From contig RBZT01000269.1 in assembly GCA_003693705.1 (NCBI GenBank), forward strand, positions 1-44,089: a stretch of DNA of 44,089 bases, given 5' to 3'. This document shows positions 1 to 9,129 of this stretch, one piece after another. This DNA comes from Polymyxa betae A26-41 (Eukaryota; Protista; Endomyxa: Phytomyxea). A model generated the notes under the pieces. It saw nothing but the letters and a program-made list of their open reading frames with translations. It searched no databases and was not told the DNA's origin. Position numbers and translations under genes: made by a program. Within the stretch, counting starts at the first letter, position 1. Each line of letters opens with the position of its first letter.

Positions 1-420
1 CTCAAAACAGATGAAGAGGCTACTCCGGCGCAACCCGCCCGGGAGGCCGCTCCTTCCAAGACAGCTGCTTTGACCAGCAGCGGTCCAGCACGTCCTGTAC
101 GCTAACCCTAAAACCCTAAACCCTAAAAACCCTAAACCCTAACCCTAAACCCTAAACCCTAAACCCTAAACCCTAACCCTAACCCTAACCCTACTAAAAA
201 CCCTAAACCCTAACCCTAACCCTAAACCCTAAACCCAAACCCTAACCCTAACCCCTACCATAACCCTAAACCCTAACCCTAAACCCTAACCCTAAACCCT
301 AAACCCTAACCCTAACCCTAGTGGATGAAGCGCCTGAGCGTGAACGCGGGAGGGAAGTTGGTGAATGTCTTCGACCTGAGCGCGGCTCTCGTTCGGGCGC
401 GAGCCGCTTCTCTGCAATAA
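1..420 (+). CDS. 3' end of an unknown spliced gene (exon <1-96, intron 97-321, last exon 322-420)
   Basis: Frame 1 is open from base 1 (LKTDEEATPAQPAREAAPSKTAALTSSGPARP), then a GTACGC donor at 97 and a CTAG acceptor ending at 321. Frame continues WMKRLSVNAGGKLVNVFDLSAALVRARAASLQ to TAA at 418-420. AATAAA follows near 428-433. Confidence 0.7.
102..320 (+). repeat. Interstitial degenerate telomeric array (CCCTAA/CCCTAAA/CCCTAAAA) filling an intron
   Basis: About 30 tandem C-rich units with 2-5 A's, flanked on both sides by unique coding-like sequence, so it is not a contig-end telomere. Confidence 0.95.
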
Positions 421-443
421 GTTTACAAAATAAACAGTTTATC

Positions 444-1338
444 AACCCTAAACCCTAACCCGCGACTTAACCCTGTCATCAAAAAAAAAACCCTATCTGT
501 GATGGTACAACCCACCCTCTCACAGTAATTGCTACGGTACGCGATGGGTTAATCCCTTAGCAACACCGTAGAACCGTACCTTCCTGACCAAGTAACCCAC
601 TTGGTTGCATAGGGCCAACTGACTTAAAGACTATGGATCCACCCGCATGTTAGCCTAAAGTACAGTTGGGCATGGTACTGTCAGTACCCAAGGTTAAGTC
701 AAAGGTCCCATAAATGGTTTATGGGATTCTGAAGGTTAGGTATATATACCTTCCCGAAGATTATCCTTTTAGCCTCGAACTGTTGTATGTCTTCGGACAC
801 TAGTGCTGGCTATCAGGATAACCGCGACTTAACCCTGTCATCTAAAAAAAAAACCCTAACCCTAACCCACGGGCCTCATCATCTATCAGGAAGGTGGCGA
901 GTTCAACTCTCCATAATAACCCTAGGATTTTTCGGCTCAGTTGTGCCTCCGGACATAATGTTCGAAGGCCGCAGTAAGTCATTATGACTTGCGGGATAAT
1001 CCCGTATGCCAGATGCCGAATTTCTATACCGGCTTACAGTTTCCCTTCGGGGTCTCTCTACAGTCCGATGACGCCTCTAGCGCAACCCTTAGTTGGGTCC
1101 ATGAGGGCTCACAGGCTATTTATAGCACTGTGAGGCATGGTACTGTCCAGACCAAAATCCTTGAACTCCCACAATAGACAGGGCTTACCCCCCTAGGCTA
1201 TACTTCCTTTTAGATGTGTGCCGATGTATGTCAGTTGACACGGGCCTCATCATCTATCAGGAAGGTGGCGAGTTCAACTCTCCATACTAACCCTGTCATC
1301 TAAAAAAAAAACCCTAACCCTAAAAACCCTAACCCTAA
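444..1338 (+). mobile_element. Tandem chain of structured, oligo(A)-tailed non-coding units separated by telomeric repeats (putative non-autonomous retroelement family)
   Basis: TAACCCTGTCATC(T)-A10-CCCT occurs three times (ending near 494, 857, 1315). 868-915 is repeated at 1239-1286. The two unit bodies share collinear motifs and are dense in hairpins. Confidence 0.55.
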
Positions 1339-2924
1339 TACTTTATCACATTTTGAAAGAGGCCCCTCTGCTTGTCTGTTCCCTGTGGAGATTTTACGCC
1401 AATATGATGAGGGCGGCGATGACGACGACGGTCTCTTCATCGGCGTCGACCCGACGGCCCTTCCTCGGATCGGTGTCCAGCTATATCGGGCGTGTTATTC
1501 ACATCGCTGCTAACCGGAGTTAGGCTCGCCCATCGCATCATGAATGGTGAGCAGGCCTGTCTTCGTTCTTGATATCTGGAGAGACAAAGAGCAATTTTGC
1601 TTTTTTTTAAATGGACTTTGAACATTGTCCTTTTGACATCTTCAAGAACATCGGCTGATGGGATGAGTACGATTTTAATGATTAAACGACATTGTAACGG
1701 ATGCTACCCACTTGTGATCAACATATAGTACGAAAGGGTTAGGGTTTAGGGTTTTCGGCATGTGCAGCTCCCAGTCTGTCGAGGACTCATTGCTCATGGT
1801 CATTCAGATCGCCTTTCTGAATCACAATAGCAGCCTGCTTGTTCTAAAAGACGTCATCATCATCCACCTGCTTGAGATTTAGTGAGATAATCCACTGTGC
1901 AAAAAACCGAGGAGAAACATTACTGGCGTTGTTTCCCAATCGCGCATCTAGCGTTTTATATTGGATATTTGATTATTTTGAGAGACTCTCCTGTTTGAGA
2001 ACGAGCTCGAAATCACCCTCTTCTGACAAAAATCAGGCTTTGAAAGAGCAGTCAGGCAAATCCGCACATATTCCCAAGCAAACTAGAAACATTGAAACTT
2101 TTCTCATTGAATCTTCACCATCAAAATGTAAAATCATGTGGGCGGCCCCGCTCCATCTGGTCCACGAATTGGGGTTGTCTCTACGAAATTCTCACCTTCT
2201 GCAATCTACTATCGCTGAATTACATCCGTTGAAGACGCTTGAGGTTTCGTTTATCAAGGAACAATTCAGCGACCCCCCTTTCCCAATAATGTTTGATCGG
2301 AAAACAGTAGAGTCAGAAACAGAGCCGCAAAGGCAAACCGAGGAATAATACAGCTGAAATAGACAGTGTCGCCGAATGAGAAATAGCTTCGTGAAACTTC
2401 GAAGTTAGTTTAGACAGCAACGCAAGCAAAATTTTGATTACAAAGTCTAAGAACATGAAATTTCTCAAAGCAATGAAAGTTTGGGAATCTGGGCTGAGTC
2501 AACCGGGCGTTTCAGATTCATCTGTCCATGCCTGTCATCGCTCATTTAGCTGGCTTCCATAATCTCGGTCGTATTCATGTTTTTTTTTAAGCTCTGGCGA
2601 GCACTGCGACTTTCAATCATTTCCAGGTAATACCACCCTCTGATTTTGCATTTGTCTTAACCATCATGCCCAGTTTCCAGATTCTCATTGCTCTCATTGT
2701 GGCAATAGCATTTCTTAAGTCTTATAAAGTATCAAAAAGCAGCATATCGTTCCAAATTATTTGTTAAGCATTGAACTTTTAGGGTTAGGGTTTGTGATAT
2801 AGTGAATGCTAGAATGTAACAATACGATCATACGGATGATGTCCTCTGATTCTAAGAATGATAGATTGATGATGTCATGAAATTGTATTGTTATAGACTG
2901 TTAGGTCATCCCGATCCGGTCTCT

Positions 2925-3290
2925 TTATAACCGCCCATATTGAAACCTGTCGAAGACGCCTTTACCAAACGAATGTCTTGAATGCCCGAATGGCCTTCGC
3001 CTGTGCGGAAGCGCCGCCGCCCCGAAATGGTCTGGGCCCAGAGGCGTTCGAAAGTATTCGAGACCGCCAGGCCCCGGCCCTATCCCGATTGAGACGCCGC
3101 TGAAGTCGACGCCGATGTCAGTCTTGAGCATGCTGTCCTGCATGGCGACCGTCTTGGCGTCTGAACCGAAATGGGACCCGAACGACGACATCATGCCCGG
3201 CAGTTCTGGGAGGCCGTCTGCTGGTCCTGGTTGGGCCTTGATGTTGGCGCTGAGGATCGCCAGAGAGACGATTGTTACGAAATGCATCAT
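2925..3290 (-). CDS. Small Gly/Pro-rich secreted protein (121 aa), effector candidate
   Basis: Single-exon ORF with a signal-peptide-like N-terminus (MMHFVTIVSLAILSANIKA-QP). GC-richer than its flanks. No recognisable domain. Confidence 0.7.
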   Translation of the reverse strand: MMHFVTIVSLAILSANIKAQPGPADGLPELPGMMSSFGSHFGSDAKTVAMQDSMLKTDIGVDFSGVSIGIGPGPGGLEYFRTPLGPDHFGAAALPHRRRPFGHSRHSFGKGVFDRFQYGRL

Positions 3291-6227
3291 GATGAGAATG
3301 ACGAATGAGAGTGGGGTGATGGGGCCATGGGGTCACCTTCGTTCGATTCTGTTCATCAATCAATATATGGCTATGATGAATTCGGTCGAATGGCAGGACC
3401 GATGATCTAAGATGCTAACCTCGTGGTCATAAGATTGGCCGACTTTGAGCGCTCCTCTATTGCAGCTAGTCGGTTAACCCCAATGACAGATCCGAACGGA
3501 ATCTGGACCGTCTTTTACAACACTTTCTGAAAGAAAATGCCATTAGCACTATTGTATTTGACCGAATATCAGAATCTACTATTATGCAGGTCGGTTTTAT
3601 ATAATACAAACATAATTTGACAATTGTGGATTCAATGCATAGCTGCTGTAGTTGCCTCAGGAGCTTTGACTGTCTTTTGTGTCTCATGAAGCGGTCTCAG
3701 ATTCAGATAAGAAGCGCAATCAGCTGAGCATTGTTTCAATACGCGTCGCCATGGCTTCTTCTGTCTCCCTATTTGACTTTTGTGGTTTTGTGGATTCCCA
3801 AGTTGCGAACAGCCTGACGATTCGCTTCATGGATCTTTGCAGATTGCAATATTTTCAGTCGCGCACAATTGGAAAAATGTCTCTCAAAATGTTAATTGCG
3901 GATGGGTTTCTAAACCCTAATCATTTGGGTTGATTGTTAGTTGAATGCTTTTCTGTTTTGTTTTTTCAATCAATTACTGTGTACTCATTGGTTCTTAGTG
4001 CAGGGCCCTCTGCTATATGTGTAACGATTTCAAGTGATTTAGTTAGGGCTTAGGGTTTGTGGTTGCTGCTGAGTTGAGATAGGAACTTATATGCGAGATA
4101 CTTTCCTGTGCCCTGTCATTGCTGGGTTTATATCGCTACAAAGGAAAGCTAAGAGATATGACAGACGAGGATGTTGCTGCAGATTGCCTACTCCCTGACT
4201 ACAATTATTCACAGTTTCCCTACATAGTTAGTTGCTCTTAGAGGCTGGTGGACGGGCAACGCCTACGTATAGGTTGCCGCGGATGGGTGAAATTCTGATA
4301 CGTCCTGATTCTCAGATAGCTCTGAGACCTCGGGATTCTCAAGGATTCTTCGGACTCAGGACGCTGCGCGACGGGAAAGAGCGGCGCCCTGGTGTTGCGT
4401 CACAAATGAATCCAATCCAATCCATCAACATTCACTAGCTATAAATGCCGACAATTAGACGATTTCAGCTTTCAAGTTCCTGAATTTCGGCTTTGAATCA
4501 GAATGCTTTCAAACTGTTCTGCACAATGTCCATAAAATGGCAATTCTGTTATCATTAAAAAACCTTCTCTGAGCTACAATTCAACTTCAGCTATGTGCGC
4601 TTCCAGATCGCGATCCCCAAACGCCAATCTGCATCTCCATTCGGACTCTTCAACCGAGCTGAAGAATGCATCCGCGCATCCCGTCGTCGTACTGGGCCCA
4701 TCCGCTGATGACGATCTGTCTCGATTCTGTCTGGTCGCCTTTTATGAGCGTATTGCTCGCACAATCGATTGACGTGTATTGTTTCAGAGGCGGCCTTTGC
4801 CGGAGAGGGATCTGGGGCCAGTACCGGCCCCAGCTGCTGTTGTTGTTGGCCATCGATATAGCGGACTGATAATGTGGTCGTTGTTGATATCAACGATTAT
4901 CCTGACTGCTCAAATTATGTTCAAGAAATAGATCAAACGGCTTCTGTATAAGGAGCCGGAAATCACCGATACTGATCGTGCGTTATCGCTTTCTACTCTG
5001 AATTCTCTCGATACCTATTTTAGTCCAGTAATGATGAATGCGGTATCTGCCGAATACCAATAACCGAGGACCCATTAGCAGATCAACTCTCGATAAGAAT
5101 CTTTATAATAACTCTGAAACTTTATCGAATGGGTCCTTGTTCGACTCTGTCTGAATTTTAACAGTTGATGGTATTTGGACGACTCGATATTGTAGAAAGA
5201 ATGTTTACAATCACGGAAGCAACATTGTAATTGACTCATGCAGGATGATGGGAAATGGAGTGGTTGATCGTACAATTCACACACAAATGACAGCAAAATG
5301 GGAGGTGACGCAATATGAAACTGGATCGGATGAACCCCATCAAGCCTTCTAGTGACATGCATAACGAAACAGAGTTGTGGTTCATTAATATTCCACATTG
5401 TCACAAAATAGAACCATGAGGTGGTCAATTTTGTAACTAGATATCGAGAGATTTCAGGCAGTCATTGAATTCTGCGACAGCACAATCAATTTCTGCCTAT
5501 TATGGTGATATTTGTACAGCGACACGACCAGGCATTAATCATTGGACCAGATACTGATTACGCGAATGGTACTCCTGAACTTTCGTGGAATAAAATTCGG
5601 GATAGCATTATCGACTAAACTGTTGAAGAAACAGGTTCTATTTGATGGTCTCGAGAAACAACCTCCCTTGAGATTGGCCTGGATCATTGAGCAAGACAGA
5701 TAGGACACGATTTAGAGACACACGAATGGAGGAATCAAGGCCATGACGCTATAATAAGGTCAGACAGCCTTTCCTGGAATGGAAAAGACCGGATAATTAT
5801 CATTTTTGCAAGAGTGATGGTTCAATAATCCAGCCTGCCTATGTTATGAAGGTCATGCTGGAACATTGTGTTTGGATCCAACCTCTAACTTTTGAGCTTT
5901 AACCTTTAACCTGATTCTCTTAGTTTGCGTGTTTAGGGCTGTTGGATCGGGCCAACCAGTGGCTGTCTTCACTGTCAACGTATTCTCATTATCTACACGT
6001 CTACGACCGTCACCGCACACTTAGCAGAATTTGCATTGGTTCGGTTATTGTTGGTCTCAGCAAATCTTCAGCGCTACCGATGAAGAAAGGTGGCGTGGTG
6101 CCGGGAGGCTGTGCCACTTTGGCACAACGCACCTGAGTTGGTGATCCTATCAAAATGTAACATGATCGTGCGATTGCCATCGATTCTGTCAGGCGACGTT
6201 CGCGACATGGAACTGAAACAAAAAGGA

Positions 6228-6300
6228 CTCCGGAACGGGGAATTGAACCCCGGTCTCACCCGTGACAGGGGCGAATACTAAACCACTATACTATTCCGGA
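6228..6300 (-). tRNA. tRNA-Asp (GTC)
   Basis: Reverse complement TCCGGAATAGTATAGTGGTTTAGTATTCGCCCCTGTCACGGGTGAGACCGGGGTTCAATTCCCCGTTCCGGAG folds as a cloverleaf with a GTC anticodon. A T-run terminator follows. Confidence 0.96.
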
Positions 6301-6673
6301 CCTGTTTTTGATTCTGTGATTCGGTCACCCTCTAGGACTTCATTAACGACCGACGATTACGAGAAAATCTTTCTATAAAGTACCCCTTCAGGTTTCTATT
6401 GGAGGGCTGCAATGAATACGTCGCTGTAATGGATTTGTTGGGTGACGTCGCGAGATCTGACATCAGCCTTAAGTGTCAGATACGTTCTTCTGAAGGAAGA
6501 CATTGGTCGAGAAATCTCATGATCAATCCGACAACCAATTTCGGAAGGTTGATTCAGCACAAACTTCCGATGGATCCACAAGACGTTCGAAGGGATCCAA
6601 CCCAACTTCTGGACTGTTTCTTTCGTTCACTAAGCTATCTAATCAATATATTCAAACTAGCTGAGTTAACGCT

Positions 6674-8096
6674 ATGTTCGCGATCTTGTCCCTCCTTCTT
6701 TCTGCTACGTTGATCTCGTCTCATAGATTGCCTAATAAGATCGAGTAACACAGCTTCTCGTCTGATCCATAGTTTTTTACACATTGCAGATCCAATGATG
6801 CCCTGGATGCCGCCTACGACCTCGTAGCACCGATGCCCGTCCGGCATGTAGAGCGGTTTGATGATGATTACGAAATTATGGAAAAAATCGGTTAGTTTGG
6901 AGTCGCTTTTGATACATTCAGCGTGTCCATATTTTTATGACACGAATTTTGCGAAGAAGAAGGCAACATCTCAGTTTTTTCTCGTTTGGACTTTCTATCA
7001 CTGATTGACTGGATGTCTCAGGAAAGGGGTATTTCGGGACGGTAGTCCGAGCTCGAAGCCGAGAGCATCCGGAGTTGGGTGAGGTCGCCATAAAAATGCA
7101 AAGATCCGAGAAACTCGAAACCAAAAAAGAGATCGCGTTCATGTCACAGTTCTGTCAGGGAAAGAAAATCCCCGGGGTAGTACGTCTCCTGGACCTGTTC
7201 GAGTGCGACGGTTGGACCTATTTCGTGATGGAGCGCGTTCAGGGTCATACGATCAAGAGCTGGGTCGTACCGTCCGACGAGGCTGAGGCCGCCACCCAGC
7301 TGACCTGGATCACGTATCAGATGTTGGCCGTCCTGCATCGCCTTCACCAACAAGGATGGGAGCACCGAGATAATCATCTGAACAATGGTGCGTACAACTT
7401 CGCAGCTTTTTCAGAAATATCCGTCCATTTTTTGGCGCAGAATATAAACGCAAAACTTTCCCGCACCGTTTTTTAACTCTATTCGCATTTATTACAGAAA
7501 AGTGCGCTCCAGTATTCTTTCCATTTTCCTAGTTTTGCCATTTAAAGCAAGCAGTTTAACTTCGCTAAACTGTGCCATGCTCTCGTGTCACTAATCTCAT
7601 GTTTACAGTCATGATCGATGTATCAAGCAGGCAACTTGTGCAAAGTGACAATCCCTGTTCAATCGATATGAGGAGTTTCTACGCCGGTATCACAGAACTG
7701 ATCACCAAGATCAAGACGTCCTTAAATCTGCCATTGAATCACCGAAGCCCAGGCCCGCTCGGCCACTTTGAAGAGAGGTTTGCTGAATGGCCGTACAAGT
7801 TCCCGACCTGTGGCGACCTTCTCAATGAGGAAATCTTCAAAAGCAGTGTTGTCGAACAACCCGTCTACTCTGGCACGTTCATAAAACCGACGAAAATGGC
7901 GACTTGGATTGGTAAGAAGCGAAATCTAGGGTTTGGTTAGGGTTTAATGGTTCTGCTAGTTGTCATTATCTGTATTTCGGTAGCAGTCGTTTGCGTCTTG
8001 CTCATCATTGCCTCCGTCTATACGTACCTTAGATGTAGGCAATCAAAGCGGGCGAAATCGGCCATTGGGATATTACCGGTCTCGGCGATGCCTTAA
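6674..8096 (+). CDS. Signal peptide + protein-kinase-like domain + C-terminal transmembrane helix (~325 aa). Exons 6674-6744, 6790-6890, 7022-7387, 7609-7911, 7960-8096
   Basis: All four GT-AG introns preserve frame. Motifs: MFAILSLLLSATLISS (signal), YEIMEKIGKGYFGTV (Gly loop), VAIK, KKEIAFM (alphaC Glu), HRDNHLNNVM (catalytic loop), IDMRSF (subdomain IX-like), then hydrophobic VVIICISVAVVCVLLIIASVYTYL followed by RCRQSKRAK. Confidence 0.8.
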
Positions 8097-9129
8097 GTCG
8101 CTTTCTGGACTATCTCGCTGTTCAATTCTATAAATACAAACACGCTCTGAAGCTGTTAAACCGAGAGATGCGATACCAATCGTAGATGTCCCTGCAAATT
8201 TTGCTATTTTTGCTGATCTGATCTGTTAGAAAGTCCATGAAAGTCCATGATTGAATAATCTCAGTTACTATCGATGTATTACCGATTGAAATCTGGGACA
8301 ATCTTGCAGAAAGTCAACCCAGTCGCTGTGAAACTATTTCATTATTGCTTACGATCGGCTATCTGCTCTGGGCGTAGCTAAATGAAGATATGTTTTGTAA
8401 CCGCTTCGAAATCCCATCTAAATACGTCAACACTTGGTGTTTGATTTCAAAATCGACTGACTTCAATATCGGACGGCAAGAAAGCCGCGTTCGCCACAAA
8501 TTTTAAGCACTGAAAAAACTGCAAAACTCAACTCAAAAGCTTAAATCAACCTGCTAATCCCTGCTGGTCCCCCTTAAGCCCGCCCAGGACCGCTTGGCTT
8601 CGGAATTCGGAATGAGATGCGTCAGTTTCGATCAAGTATGTATCAACGCCACCTGAATTCAAAATCCTCCAACCCTGCAGTTTCCTAGCTGTGGTCAATC
8701 TAACAATATTGGATATTGTCTCCTTCCTATTCGTCTATCGCTGATTTCATTAGCGTCATTAACATGATCCAGAGAATTGTAGGTGTCTTGATGCCTAGTT
8801 CCATGCCTTTTGTCACGGGTCAAGATCTTGCAGCATCTGTCACTCATTCTCCCATTCATCGATAAAATTACGCTGGTCTTGCCAGTATTTTGCTCTGGAT
8901 TCTGCATTCAATTTCGGTGCCATGTCGTTAGGGTCACTAAAGGCTTTATGAGAAAACGCAATGGTGAAGGCGCGCAGTTTGTGAAAAGTTGCGTTTTTGG
9001 ATTTATTGCGCAGAAAAAAACAGCAACAAAAAACAAAAAAACTTGAGGTGTGGATGGAGAGCCGTCGCAGCGCATGCCGCCACGGACTTGGCAAGGCCCT
9101 TCCTTTCTCTAGAAAATCGTTTGGACTCG

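Noticed and set aside
102-320. True chromosome-end telomere
   Set aside because: 101 bp of unique, in-frame coding-like sequence precedes it, and it is bounded by splice signals.
458-870. Telomerase RNA gene (CTGTCA next to a CCCTAA template, as in ciliates)
   Set aside because: An A10 run separates the motif from the repeats, the motif recurs three times at unit ends, and no promoter is recognisable. Kept only as an alternative hypothesis.
787-1177. ORFs 787-987 and 989-1177
   Set aside because: They run through oligo(A) and telomeric repeats and have no protein-like features.
495-1290. Hammerhead ribozyme or group I/II intron
   Set aside because: Only partial look-alikes (CCGATGA, minus-strand ATGATGAGGCC, GTACGGTTC). 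No complete catalytic core could be assembled by eye.
444-1338. CRISPR-like repeat-spacer array
   Set aside because: Eukaryotic context, spacers of hundreds of bases that are homologous to each other, and no cas genes.
4591-4893. Overlapping short ORFs in a GC-richer patch
   Set aside because: Three competing frames, no motif and no convincing gene model.
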